Source of the DNA: an uncultured Alphaproteobacteria bacterium
GTDB taxonomy: Bacteria; Pseudomonadota; Alphaproteobacteria; CAAHEQ01; UBA3637
DNA length: 64,000 bases
Assembly (NCBI GenBank): GCA_944392555.1
Contig: CALXWZ010000001.1
Coordinates: forward strand, 1,810 to 65,809
Direction: 5' to 3'
Part shown: piece after piece, positions 54,535 through 64,000 of the stretch
Numbering within the stretch: the first letter of the stretch is position 1
How the letters are laid out: each line of letters starts with the position of its first letter
Notes under the pieces: model-generated
Told to the model about the DNA's origin: nothing
What the model saw: the letters and a program-made list of their open reading frames with translations, nothing else
The model's database searches: none
Program-made: the position numbers and the translations under genes

Positions 54535-56685
54535 ATGAATATAAAACAAATAGTTAAATTGGCTTCTTTTTATGCAAAAAAAGTAAAAAACGGGGAATTT
54601 ACGCTGAATCGCACAAAACAAGGGATAAAATCAGCGAATCAAAATAGCTTTACGCGCTTGAAAAACAATCAAAAAGCGGAATGTTCAGCAGAATCACAAA
54701 CGCAACATGGATTGGATGAATTGAGCGGGTTGCGTAAGTTGTCTGAATTGAGCGGATTAAACGGTGTGCGCGGATTAAGAAGCGCGCGCTTTGCCGAATA
54801 TGGGCGAAGTATGGTAGAAATGCTGGGCGTATTGGCAGTGATTGGTGTTTTATCGATTGCGGGAATGATGGGCTATCGATATGCGATGACGATGTATCGG
54901 GCGAATGAAACGGTGCATGAAATTAATTTGCGGGCGTATGCAATTGCCCCGATTGCGGATAATAATACAACCGATCCCGAGAATCCCGAAATCGTCATGG
55001 AAATGGGCAACATAACGAATCTGGGGTATCCGATAACAGCATATTGGTTAGAAGACCCAAAATATTTTGAAATAGAAGTGCAGAATGTGCCGGTAGATGA
55101 ATGCAAGATGATTTTGCGGACGGAATGGACGTTGCCGATTATTATGAAAGTGGGCGATTTAGCCTACGACGGAAATACGAGTATCTGCGATGGATTGACG
55201 GAAGCAGGGGAGCCGACAACAACAGCCGTGATGATCTTCCAATACGGGGCGCACTTGGAAGACGATATGTTGCCATATCAAGAATGCCATAATGATGACG
55301 ATTGTGCGAGCAAATGTGCAAGATGTTCGGCAGAAGGTGTGTGCGTTTCAATCTGCGGGAGTAATGAACGGTGCAGGCAAGATATTTTAACGGGGAGTCA
55401 AGTCTGTTGCACGAGCGATAGATGGGCAGGGCCTTATTGTTGCCCGTCCACAATGAACGGCTATTGTTGCAATGTGGCAGGCGACCAATGTTGCCCATGG
55501 TTTAAACCGCTGATTGATAAGAATGGCAACTGCTATACTTGCGAGGAAGAAAACGGGGTTGACGTTACGGGTGTCAATGAAAACTGCAACGCTTGTCCAG
55601 GTAGAGAGATATGGAATAATAAATGCGTGCTTCCTTGTGGAGAAAATGAAATCAGAGATTATAATGGAAAATGCCATAGTTGTGATGAAGAAGATCCTAT
55701 CTATCTACGAGATTCAGCACGAACGGAGTGTAGTAGTTTGTGCCCCGGTCGTGTTTCTAATGGATGGCTGGATTTTTATTGTTCAATTCCATGCGGTGAG
55801 GGAACTTTTACGGGCGGTGACGGAAAATGTTATGATTGTAATACGGAAAAAAATGTGGAATTGGAAGGTGTTTCCCATGATGGTTGTGAGCAATGTGAAA
55901 ATAGAGAATTGATAGGAGAGTTTTGTGTATTAAATTGTCCGACAGGACAATTTCGTGGGGATGACGAAAAGTGTTATGACTGTAATGTAGATGATCCTAT
56001 TTATATTAAAAATGCAGCAGAAACATGTACAAGGAGTTGTGCTAACCGTGTCGCAAATGGTTGGTTAAACAGATATTGTTCTATCCCTTGTCCGGCAGGA
56101 ACATTTACAAGTTATTATGGCACATGTCACTCGTGTGGTGAAGAAAAAAATATTAGTATTGATGGTGTGAAACACACAGGCTGTGAACAATGTTCAGAAC
56201 GCCATCAAATCAGTGGGTTGTGTATATTGGACTGCCCAAAGGGACAAATACGAGGAGATGATGGAATTTGTTATAGTTGTAGTGAACCTAATCCAATTTA
56301 TATAAAAGATGGAAAAACTGTGTGTGAAACTACATGTCCAAATCGGATTGGAAGCGGTTGGGTTAATAGATATTGTGCTTTACCATGCCTGAAAGGAACA
56401 TTTACAAGTTATTATGGAACGTGTCATTCTTGTGATGATCCCGAAAATATATTTATTTCCGGTGTTTCACATAATGGTTGCGAAGAGTGTCCTAATACGC
56501 GTAATATGTATAATGAGTATTGTGTTCCGAAATGTCCGGCAGATGCACCGTTAAGAGGCAGAGATAATAAATGTTATCCTTGTGATACCGAAGAACGTGT
56601 ATATGTTCTCAGAATGAGTGATGCCTGTATGGAATGTTATGAAGAGCGCATACTGGATGGAGACTCTTGTGTCTTAAAAGAATAA
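54535..56685 (+). CDS. large membrane-anchored cysteine-rich tandem-repeat protein (N-terminal ~95-aa cytoplasmic region, one TM, then ~7 Cys-rich ~50-aa modules)
   Basis: TM MVEMLGVLAVIGVLSIAGMMGY. Ectodomain units alternate between C[HY]xCxxxxPIYIKxxxxxCxxxCxNRxxNGWxNRYCSIPCxxGTFT and xxGxC[HY]SCxxxxNxxIxGVxHxGCEQCxxRxxIxxxCxLxCPxGQxRGDDxx. RGDD occurs in two units. Confidence 0.6.
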   Translation: MNIKQIVKLASFYAKKVKNGEFTLNRTKQGIKSANQNSFTRLKNNQKAECSAESQTQHGLDELSGLRKLSELSGLNGVRGLRSARFAEYGRSMVEMLGVLAVIGVLSIAGMMGYRYAMTMYRANETVHEINLRAYAIAPIADNNTTDPENPEIVMEMGNITNLGYPITAYWLEDPKYFEIEVQNVPVDECKMILRTEWTLPIIMKVGDLAYDGNTSICDGLTEAGEPTTTAVMIFQYGAHLEDDMLPYQECHNDDDCASKCARCSAEGVCVSICGSNERCRQDILTGSQVCCTSDRWAGPYCCPSTMNGYCCNVAGDQCCPWFKPLIDKNGNCYTCEEENGVDVTGVNENCNACPGREIWNNKCVLPCGENEIRDYNGKCHSCDEEDPIYLRDSARTECSSLCPGRVSNGWLDFYCSIPCGEGTFTGGDGKCYDCNTEKNVELEGVSHDGCEQCENRELIGEFCVLNCPTGQFRGDDEKCYDCNVDDPIYIKNAAETCTRSCANRVANGWLNRYCSIPCPAGTFTSYYGTCHSCGEEKNISIDGVKHTGCEQCSERHQISGLCILDCPKGQIRGDDGICYSCSEPNPIYIKDGKTVCETTCPNRIGSGWVNRYCALPCLKGTFTSYYGTCHSCDDPENIFISGVSHNGCEECPNTRNMYNEYCVPKCPADAPLRGRDNKCYPCDTEERVYVLRMSDACMECYEERILDGDSCVLKE

Positions 56686-56797
56686 TTCGCCGTATACCAC
56701 ATAAAAACGGGTCTACGCTTATTCGCTTAAACCCGTTTTTTATGCCGATAATTGCCATAATGCGTGTAAATGATACACCGTTTTAAAATCAACCGTT

Positions 56798-58438
56798 TCA
56801 GAAAATATAGGCGTTTTTTAATGCCGCTTCAATGAATGCTTTGAAAATCGGATTCGGTTTGCCGGGGCGCGATGTGAACTCCGGGTGAAATTGAACGCCG
56901 ATAAAAAACGGATGCGATGGAATTTCAACAATTTCAGGTAAAAGTCCGTCGGGCGATTTCCCCGAAATAATAAACCCTTTTTCCGCTAACGGCTTTTCGT
57001 AAGCAATATCCATTTCATAGCGATGGCGATGCCGTTCCCGAATTTGATTGCACCCGTAAATCTTTTCGGCAAGCGAATTTTCAGTTAATACGCAGGGATA
57101 CGCGCCTAATCGCATCGTTCCGCCTAAATCGCCGTTATCTTGACGGATATATTGCACGCCGTCTTTTTCCCACACTTTCATTTTGGAAATAACCGGCTCG
57201 CATTTCGTGCCAAATTCGGCAGATGAGGCATTTTCAATACCGAGCAGATGCCGTGAGGCTTCTATTACCGCCATTTGCATACCTAAACAAATGCCGAAAA
57301 ACGGCACGTTGTTTTCGCGCGCATATTGAATGGCGCGGATTTTCCCTTGTATGCCACGCACACCAAATCCGCCGGGGACTAAAATCCCGTCAAACGGTTT
57401 TAACGTGGCAGATAATTCTTCATCACTCAATGATTCCAGTTGCTCGGATTCAATCCAGCTGATTTTTACTTTGGCTCTGTTGGCAATCCCCGCGTGCGCC
57501 AAGGCTTCATGCAAAGACTTATACGCTTCTAATAATCCGCAGTATTTTCCGACAACCGCAATTTTAACTTCTTTCTCATAGTTGGAAAGAATTTGCACGA
57601 TTTCTTCCCATTTTGATAAGTCGGGCTCGGGGGAGGATTCATACATGTGAAAGTGTTTTAATACTTGCACATCCAGCCCCTCTGCGTGGTAAGCGAGCGG
57701 GACTTTATAGATATTATCAACATCTAACGCCACAACAACATCTTCCGCCGGAATATTGCAGAATAACCCGAGTTTGTTTCTTTCTGAAATCCCGAGTGGC
57801 ATTTTGGAACGGCATAACAAAATATCCGCTTGAATGCCGGCCTCCAAAAGCGTTTTAACGGCATGTTGCGTGGGCTTTGTTTTGAGTTCTCCGGCGCTGT
57901 CAATATAAGGCAACAGCGTTAAAAACAGGAATAATACATTTTCGCGCCCGACATCGTTTGCAAATTGCCGAATCGCTTCCAACATTAATGTCCCCTCAAT
58001 ATCACCGACAGTTCCGCCGACTTCATATAATACAAAATCTTCGCCGTGCAAATCGGAACGAATAAACTCTTTGATTTCATTCGTCACGTGCGGAATGGCT
58101 TGAACCGTAGCGCCGAGATAATCTCCCCGCCGTTCTTTTTGGATGACATTATAATAGATTCGTCCGCCGGAAATACTGTCCGTCTTATGACAATTCAAAT
58201 CGGCAAATCGCTCGTAGTGTCCTAAATCAAGATCTGTCTCGGCGCCGTCGTCCGTTACAAAAACTTCCCCGTGCTGATAAGGCGACATTGTGCCGGGATC
58301 TACATTCAAGTACGGATCCATTTTCCGCATCCGAACGGAATATCCGCGCGATTTCAGTAAACACCCGATGGAGGCGGAGGCAATCCCTTTGCCTAATGAT
58401 GAAACAACACCGCCCAAAATAAAGATATATTTTGTCAT
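56798..58438 (-). CDS. pyrG: CTP synthase
   Basis: [19 protein letters not shown], full synthetase domain, glutamine amidotransferase domain with GICLGMQ (catalytic Cys) and HPEF. 546 aa. Confidence 0.9.
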   Translation of the reverse strand: MTKYIFILGGVVSSLGKGIASASIGCLLKSRGYSVRMRKMDPYLNVDPGTMSPYQHGEVFVTDDGAETDLDLGHYERFADLNCHKTDSISGGRIYYNVIQKERRGDYLGATVQAIPHVTNEIKEFIRSDLHGEDFVLYEVGGTVGDIEGTLMLEAIRQFANDVGRENVLFLFLTLLPYIDSAGELKTKPTQHAVKTLLEAGIQADILLCRSKMPLGISERNKLGLFCNIPAEDVVVALDVDNIYKVPLAYHAEGLDVQVLKHFHMYESSPEPDLSKWEEIVQILSNYEKEVKIAVVGKYCGLLEAYKSLHEALAHAGIANRAKVKISWIESEQLESLSDEELSATLKPFDGILVPGGFGVRGIQGKIRAIQYARENNVPFFGICLGMQMAVIEASRHLLGIENASSAEFGTKCEPVISKMKVWEKDGVQYIRQDNGDLGGTMRLGAYPCVLTENSLAEKIYGCNQIRERHRHRYEMDIAYEKPLAEKGFIISGKSPDGLLPEIVEIPSHPFFIGVQFHPEFTSRPGKPNPIFKAFIEAALKNAYIF

Positions 58439-58902
58439 TTGATACTTCCTTTTTGATAGAGAACAGATTGTTCTTGATATTGAAAAGATTTTGTTTGAGG
58501 GGAGAAAGATTCGAAAGCAAAATAAAAATGCCTAAAAGATTTTATGCAGGATACTAAATTTATTCTCTTTTTTTGCATTGTTTTCGAATCGTTAAAAGTT
58601 TTTCCCATTATACAAGAATGAATTTTTTTTGCAACCCAAAAAACGAAGTTTTCCGAATAAAAATGATGCAAATCGGTGTGAGCAAAAAGTTCTCTGCCTG
58701 CTAATAGAATGAAAAAATAAAGTGTTTTGATGAAAGTAAATACTGTGCGTTTTTTGTTTTTCAATAAAAAACGAATCTCTGTTCGGCTTATTCGGTAAAA
58801 GAGCAAAAATAATGCAAAAAAAATGAATAAAAAAGTATCATATTAACGAAATTTTCATACTTTTTCGCGAGAATGAAACAAGTGTTTGTGAAAGGTGAAT
58901 GA

Positions 58903-60792
58903 GTGAGCCAAACCAGAAAATTTTTACGGCAGACGGCACTTATCGGCATCGGTATCGGACTGATGGCCGGTATCGGCTATTTTGCACCGGCTTTAATGCA
59001 ACACTCCTCGCTTGAAAATGATAGAGAACGCTTTATTGCAGAAGTGGTTAAAGAGCACTTCCCAAATACGGATATCGGCGCTTTGCCGGCGTATGATGCT
59101 TATTTATCGCGCGCGTTGGAACGTGTGATCGGATTATATGTCGGGCAGGAGAACGTGCGCGCCGTTGTGCGAGCGGATTTAGCCGTGCGCCGTGAAGAAA
59201 CGGTGCAACATAGGATTATTAAGGATTCCGCCGTTGTCAAAGAGGAGCGGACGGAGCAAAAGGAAGATGGCTCTACCGTTAAAAATACCGTTTTTGATTA
59301 TACAACCGAAACAACACGCACCAATGCCGTTTTTTATGATGTGCAAAAAGTAAATGCACTGGTTTTTGTGGCGCACGAGGCGCAAAAAAACGGTTTGCCG
59401 TTGCAAGAAAATGCGTATTTGAAAAAAATGACGGCAACCGCTATCGGTTTGGACGAAACGCGTGGCGATACGTTGCAACTGGTTGCGTTCCCGAGGTCGG
59501 AAAGTCAAAATAAATTATTCGGTGCGTATGATTTGCAAATCCGTCAAATGGTAGCGGTGGCGCTGATTTGTATGGCTTGCGTATTTTTTGTTGCCGTTTT
59601 GCTTATTCCTTGGTTGTTGGTAAGGTTCGGACGGATTCATCCGTTGCCCGAGCCGGTGTTGCGTCAGGAGCCGAAAGATATGTATCGGTATCAAATTATC
59701 GGCAATATTGAAGATAATTTAATGATGAAAACGCAGACTCTGTGCCTTGAAATGCCGGAAGCGGCCGTGAATGTTTTAAGAAATTGGCTTGCCGAAGAAA
59801 GTAAAGGCGTGCGACGGGGCGATTTGTTTTCGCCTGCGCAAAAAGCGGCCATTGTTTTGCTGTGTATCGGCGAAAGAGGGATTAAAACGGTGTTTCGGTG
59901 TATGACCGATGCCGAGATTTTTTCGCTTTCGCGCTTGATGGCATCGTTAGGGCAGGTAAAGGCGATTGATATTCAACCGATATTGTTGGCATTTTGTCAG
60001 TCAATGACAATGCCACAAGATATTCGCGAAACGAAACCGCTGGTGGAATCTTTAATTCGGAATGCTTTGCCGGCAGATAAGGCAACGGCTTTGTTAAGTG
60101 AGATGAAAATCGTTGCAAAAGGCAAAAGCGTTTGGGAAAAATTAAGTACTGTGCCAAGTGAGAAGTTGAGTTGTTTCTTGGCTTCCGAATATCCGCAAAC
60201 GGCCGCCGTGATTTTATACCACTTATCAACGGAAAAAGGTGCGGAAGTGCTCACGCAAATGGATGAACGGGCAGGTGCGCGCATTTTAATCAGGTTGAGC
60301 GCCTTGCAGTATTTGAATCCGAATAACGTGCGGATGATTGAACATGAGTTGGAAAAACAAATTGAGTCTTTGTTGTCCGCCCCGGTGGGTGTGGGTGAAG
60401 AAAAAGCATCGGCTATTTTAAGTTTGCTGGATTCGGAAACGCAAAGCAAATATATGTCATCCATGGAAAAGGTATCACCGCAAACGGCCGGCTTATTGGC
60501 AAAGCGCGTTTTTTGCTTTGATGATTTGGCATCGTGGAGCGGTGATGATTTGCGCACGTTGTTAAAACATATTGATTCCAAAACATTGATAACGGCGTTA
60601 ATTAATGCCAAAGATGAAACGAAGGAGGCTTTCTCACGCGTTGTCAATCCGCAAAAATGGAGCGCCATGTTAAAGAAAATTAATCAGTTGCCGATGGGCA
60701 AAATTCAAGATATAGATATATCTCAACGCGCCATTATCCAAATTGCTCGGCAGTTGGTGGAAAGTAAAAAGTGCAAAGGAAGCAGTTTATGA
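58903..60792 (+). CDS. fused flagellar M-ring (FliF C-terminal RBM3 + TM2) :: rotor protein FliG (full length)
   Basis: GTG start with AAAGGTG RBS. N-terminal signal-anchor TM. Residues ~75-200 match the FliF ring-building motif 3 region: GQENVRAVVRADLAVRREETV..., ...RGDTLQLVAFPRS before TM2 (cf. FliF GNVHAQVTAQLDF... and RGDSVSVVxLPF). TM2 is VAVALICMACVFFVAVLLIPWLLV. Residues ~290-629 align along the whole of FliG: LSPAQKAAIVLLCIGERGIKTVFRCMTDAEIFSLSRLMASLGQV (FliG-N), EYPQTAAVILYHLSTEKGAEVLTQMDERAGARILIRLSAL (middle, EHPQT motif), VFCFDDLASWSGDDLRTLLKHIDSKTLITALINAKDETKEAF...IQDIDISQRAIIQIARQLVESK (C-terminal torque helix region). Confidence 0.7.
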   Translation: MSQTRKFLRQTALIGIGIGLMAGIGYFAPALMQHSSLENDRERFIAEVVKEHFPNTDIGALPAYDAYLSRALERVIGLYVGQENVRAVVRADLAVRREETVQHRIIKDSAVVKEERTEQKEDGSTVKNTVFDYTTETTRTNAVFYDVQKVNALVFVAHEAQKNGLPLQENAYLKKMTATAIGLDETRGDTLQLVAFPRSESQNKLFGAYDLQIRQMVAVALICMACVFFVAVLLIPWLLVRFGRIHPLPEPVLRQEPKDMYRYQIIGNIEDNLMMKTQTLCLEMPEAAVNVLRNWLAEESKGVRRGDLFSPAQKAAIVLLCIGERGIKTVFRCMTDAEIFSLSRLMASLGQVKAIDIQPILLAFCQSMTMPQDIRETKPLVESLIRNALPADKATALLSEMKIVAKGKSVWEKLSTVPSEKLSCFLASEYPQTAAVILYHLSTEKGAEVLTQMDERAGARILIRLSALQYLNPNNVRMIEHELEKQIESLLSAPVGVGEEKASAILSLLDSETQSKYMSSMEKVSPQTAGLLAKRVFCFDDLASWSGDDLRTLLKHIDSKTLITALINAKDETKEAFSRVVNPQKWSAMLKKINQLPMGKIQDIDISQRAIIQIARQLVESKKCKGSSL

Positions 60793-61754
60793 AGTTGAAA
60801 ACGTTTTTTGCCGATAGTATTCCCGAAGCGATGAGTGAAATTCGCCGTGTTTTCGGCGAAAAGGCTGTTATTGTTTCTTCTTTTCGCACGAAAGGGAAAG
60901 GCGTAAAATTGGTTGTTGCCACAGAAGAGGCGGAACAATCCGGCAGTTTGATTCGGGATGAATATCATAAAAACGAGCAACGGCGACGCTATTTTAAAAA
61001 AATCCTCGCGTCCAGACAGGTATCCGATGAGATGATTGAACGCTTGGTGAATGCGTTGGCACGCAAGGGCAGTAAAATATCCGAAGAAAAATTTTTATCG
61101 CGCGCCATTGCGGAGTTATATTCTTTTAAATCATTGGAACCGATTAAACGAAGCGGATTATTTGCTTTTGTCGGGGCGTCGGGATGCGGTAAAACAACGG
61201 CTGTGGCAAAACTGGCATTCCATGCCAAAACGCAGAAAATTCAAACGGCGTTGATTACTTTGGATACGCAAAAAGTCGGCGGTGCGGACGAATTGATGCG
61301 CTATGCACACATTATGGAAATGCCGTGCACCGTATTGGATGATTGGCATAAGTTAAATGAAACCATAACGGTGTTACGCTTGAATTACGGGTTGATTTTA
61401 ATTGATACACCCGCGTTAAATCCCTATAATACGGAAGATGCGGGGCGGTTGAACGTTATTAAAACACAAGTGGCAGATGCGGATATGATATATGTGCAAC
61501 AAGCCGGTATGGATTGCCATGAAGCGCAAACACAAGGAGCAGTGTTTTCAAAAGGCGGGTGTCTCAGATTGTTGGTGACGAAAACGGATGCTTCTGCCAG
61601 TTATGGCGGTTTCTTGCAAAGTGCGGCATTCAGTGCATTTCAGTTCGCAGGTTTTTCCAAATCGGGAAAAATAACGGATTATTTAACGGAAGCAACACCC
61701 GATAATTTGGCGCAATTATTAAAACACGGCAGTGGTGAGGGAGAAGAAGAATGA
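60789..61754 (+). CDS. flhF: flagellar biosynthesis SRP-type GTPase FlhF-like
   Basis: ATG overlaps the upstream stop (ATGA). MKLKTFFADSIPEAMSEIRRVFGEKAVIV matches the FlhF N-terminal B-domain (MKIKRFFAKDMREAL...LGPDAVI). P-loop GASGCGKTTAVAKLA; G3-position ILIDTPA (G missing from DTAG); G4 LLVTKTDAS. Confidence 0.7.
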   Translation: MKLKTFFADSIPEAMSEIRRVFGEKAVIVSSFRTKGKGVKLVVATEEAEQSGSLIRDEYHKNEQRRRYFKKILASRQVSDEMIERLVNALARKGSKISEEKFLSRAIAELYSFKSLEPIKRSGLFAFVGASGCGKTTAVAKLAFHAKTQKIQTALITLDTQKVGGADELMRYAHIMEMPCTVLDDWHKLNETITVLRLNYGLILIDTPALNPYNTEDAGRLNVIKTQVADADMIYVQQAGMDCHEAQTQGAVFSKGGCLRLLVTKTDASASYGGFLQSAAFSAFQFAGFSKSGKITDYLTEATPDNLAQLLKHGSGEGEEE

Positions 61755-62539
61755 GCGAAGCAGTCAGTGATATGCAAAAAGTTTATCGGCGGTTAGACGG
61801 TAAAAACGTGATTGCCGTTACGTCGGGAAAGGGCGGTGTCGGGAAAACGTGGCTTTCCGTAACGTTGGCTCAGGCATTTGCGCAAAAAGGCGAACGCGTA
61901 TTGTTGTTTGATGGCGATTTGGGCTTGGCCAATGCCGATATACAACTCGGCATTAACGCAACGGCGGATTTAGAGCAGGTATTAAGCGGTAAGTTGCCGA
62001 TGAATCAGGCTATTTATCGGGATAATGAATTGGAATTTGAGGTGTTGGCGGGGCACCTCGGAACGCAATCGTTATGTGGTCTTGAAAAAGGACAGTTGCA
62101 ACTTTTATGCGATGATTTATATATTTTGGCACAAAATTACGATCGGGTTGTATTGGATTTAGGTTCCGGAATTGAAAAGTCAATGACGTTTTTAGCCGGT
62201 TGCAGTGGCACGGTTTTGATTATTTGCAATGATGAGCCGACATCATTGGCAGATGCGTATGCCTTGATTAAAATTATTTCATCGGCGGATAATGCCCCGC
62301 GCATTAAAATCGTTGTGAATCAGGCGAACACCGTTAAAGAGGGCGAAAGAACTTTTCAAACGTTGGTTAAAGCGTGTCAAAACTTTTTAAATGTGGATTT
62401 ATTTTTGGGCGGGATTATTCATCAAGATTCGCATGTAAAAGAATGTTTAAAAATGCAAATACCGCTTTTAACGGCATTCCCCGGTTCGGTTGTGGCGGAA
62501 GACGTGCGCAAATTGGCTGACGGATTGATGCGCGAATAG
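61751..62539 (+). CDS. flhG: MinD/ParA-type ATPase FlhG (FleN/YlxH)-like
   Basis: Deviant Walker A VTSGKGGVGKTWLSVTLA, LLFDGDLGLANADIQLG, switch regions. Start overlaps the flhF stop. Confidence 0.75.
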   Translation: MSEAVSDMQKVYRRLDGKNVIAVTSGKGGVGKTWLSVTLAQAFAQKGERVLLFDGDLGLANADIQLGINATADLEQVLSGKLPMNQAIYRDNELEFEVLAGHLGTQSLCGLEKGQLQLLCDDLYILAQNYDRVVLDLGSGIEKSMTFLAGCSGTVLIICNDEPTSLADAYALIKIISSADNAPRIKIVVNQANTVKEGERTFQTLVKACQNFLNVDLFLGGIIHQDSHVKECLKMQIPLLTAFPGSVVAEDVRKLADGLMRE

Positions 62540-62752
62540 ATTGAGTGTTTTTGATTCAACCCGATATGAGTCGAGGAAAGTGTCGGTATACGATATTGTA
62601 TTGTCGGCGTAAAAAAGTTCTTTAACGGTGTGTTGTTCGCGGGTATAGATGATACTACATAAGATAATATATAAAAATCCGTTTCTTTTCCTTGACTTTT
62701 AGGTGGAAATGAATTATCTGATAGAGATAATTTATAACTTGAAAGGAATATA

Positions 62753-64000
62753 ATGTTATTTACAAATTTCTTTGGCTCCGCAAATGACAGATATTTGCGC
62801 AAATTTAAAAAAACAATCAATAAAATTAATGAACTTGAAGCGATATACGAGCAGTTAAGCGATGAGCAGTTAAGGGATAAAACGCAGGAATATAAAACGC
62901 GTATTCAAAACGGTGAATCTTTGGAGAGTATTTTGCCGGAAGCGTTTGCGAGTGTGCGAGAAGGGGCTAAAAGAACGTTGGGATTGCGCCCGTTTGATGT
63001 GCAGTTGCTGGGCGGTATTATATTAAATAACGGACAGATTGCCGAAATGCGCACGGGTGAAGGTAAAACATTGGTGGCAACATTGCCCGTTTACTTAAAT
63101 GCGTTGACGGGGAAAGGCGTGCATGTGGTTACGGTGAATGATTATCTTGCCAAGCGTGATAGTGAATGGATGGGGCAAATTTATCGGTTTTTGGGCTTGT
63201 CGGTCGGGTGTATCGTGCATGATTTAACAACGGAACAACGCCGTGCCGCCTACAATGCCGATATTACGTATGCCACAAATAACGAACTCGGGTTTGATTA
63301 TTTGCGGGATAATATGCGCTTTGAATTAAAAGATATGGTTCAACGCCCGTTTTATTATGCGATTGTTGACGAAGTAGACTCCATTTTAATTGACGAAGCG
63401 CGAACGCCGTTAATTATTTCGGGTCCGGCGGAGGATTCGTCGGAGCGATATATTGCGGTGGATAAGCTGATGCGCAACATTCGCCCCGAGCATTATGAAA
63501 AAGACGAAAAGCACCGCTCGGCAACATTGACGGAAGCCGGCACGGAATATGTGGAGCAACTGTTGCAAGAGCAGGGTTTAATTCAAGGCAGTTTGTATGA
63601 TACGCAAAACATTGCATTTGTGCATCATGTGGACCAAGCGTTGAAAGCTCATGTATTATTCACGCGAGATAAAGATTATATTGTGAAAGACGGGCAAGTA
63701 GTTATTATTGATGAATTTACGGGGCGGATGATGCAGGGTCGTCGCTATTCGGACGGGTTGCATCAGGCGATTGAGGCTAAAGAGGGTGTTAAAATTCAGG
63801 CAGAGAACCAAACGCTTGCATCCATTACATTCCAAAATTACTTCCGTATGTATCCGAAATTAGCGGGTATGACGGGAACGGCTATGACGGAAGCCGGCGA
63901 GTTTGACAGCATTTATCATTTAGACGTGATTGAAATCCCGACAAATCGCCCCTCACAACGCAAAGATGAAAACGATGTGATTTACAGAACGGCGGAAGAA
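62753..64000 (+). CDS. secA: preprotein translocase ATPase SecA (N-terminal ~416 codons; continues past window end)
   Basis: [20 protein letters not shown]..., [94 protein letters not shown]. Not in the ORF track because no stop lies within the window. Confidence 0.9.
   Translation, partial: MLFTNFFGSANDRYLRKFKKTINKINELEAIYEQLSDEQLRDKTQEYKTRIQNGESLESILPEAFASVREGAKRTLGLRPFDVQLLGGIILNNGQIAEMRTGEGKTLVATLPVYLNALTGKGVHVVTVNDYLAKRDSEWMGQIYRFLGLSVGCIVHDLTTEQRRAAYNADITYATNNELGFDYLRDNMRFELKDMVQRPFYYAIVDEVDSILIDEARTPLIISGPAEDSSERYIAVDKLMRNIRPEHYEKDEKHRSATLTEAGTEYVEQLLQEQGLIQGSLYDTQNIAFVHHVDQALKAHVLFTRDKDYIVKDGQVVIIDEFTGRMMQGRRYSDGLHQAIEAKEGVKIQAENQTLASITFQNYFRMYPKLAGMTGTAMTEAGEFDSIYHLDVIEIPTNRPSQRKDENDVIYRTAEE

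Noticed and set aside
54535-54900. Prepilin-type (class III) signal in the Cys-rich protein (G-RSMVE-MLGVLAVIGVL resembles G-FTLIE-L...)
   Set aside because: The residue after Gly is Arg rather than Phe/Met. The hydrophobic stretch is preceded by ~95 residues rather than a short leader. A signal-anchor TM is the simpler reading. Kept only as a low-probability alternative.

Overview
All calls below come from reading the sequence and translations by eye; no database search was run. The window looks like a moderately GC-rich (~45-50% by eye) Gram-negative (diderm) chromosome carrying a large composite accessory region from about 1 to 31,250. That region ends at a tRNA-Pro gene and is visibly AT-rich in blocks (roughly <=30% GC by eye; not computed). 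The conserved backbone runs from 31.3 kb to the end. Accessory part, left to right:
(i) AT-rich DegT-type aminotransferase plus a Gfo/Idh/MocA oxidoreductase carrying an in-frame TGA.
(ii) A degraded lambda-like prophage head module on the minus strand (MCP, decoration protein, S49 protease, portal, gpW-like, terminase-C remnant). A very AT-rich 4-gene nucleotide-metabolism operon (Tmk / P-loop kinase / NUDIX / pyrimidine-nucleoside-phosphorylase family) is inserted between gpW and portal.
(iii) A frameshifted ParB-N::DNA-methyltransferase fusion, a 51-bp tandem repeat carrying a 13-bp palindrome, and a short phage-type MetK-like SAM synthetase.
(iv) A very AT-rich ~8 kb cassette bounded by ~55-bp direct repeats. 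It encodes two divergent tightly-coupled operons (GrpB-NTase / PHP / HAD, and PHP(TrpH-like) / Cys-motif protein split at an A7 run / divergent phosphoketolase-family TPP enzyme) plus a CdaA-type diadenylate cyclase split at a T8 run. This cassette is the best candidate for an undescribed system.
(v) An ImmA/IrrE-XRE pair and a BcgI-like Type IIB R-M (A: PD-ExK nuclease+N6A-MTase; B: specificity).
Core part: tRNA-Pro, tRNA-Asn, tRNA-Glu with clean promoters and terminators, MsbA-like ABC exporter, MlaC/MlaA/LOG, Hsp100-like ATPase, MutY, Isf flavoprotein, DXS, membrane metallophosphoesterase, cI/LexA-like repressor, alpha/beta hydrolase, SNF transporter, HydF-like GTPase, OMP beta-barrel, DapF, SPFH/NfeD, a large Cys-rich tandem-repeat membrane protein with RGDD motifs, and PyrG. 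There is also a notable fused FliF(C-terminal)-FliG ORF followed by flhF and flhG, then secA, with no other flagellar genes nearby.
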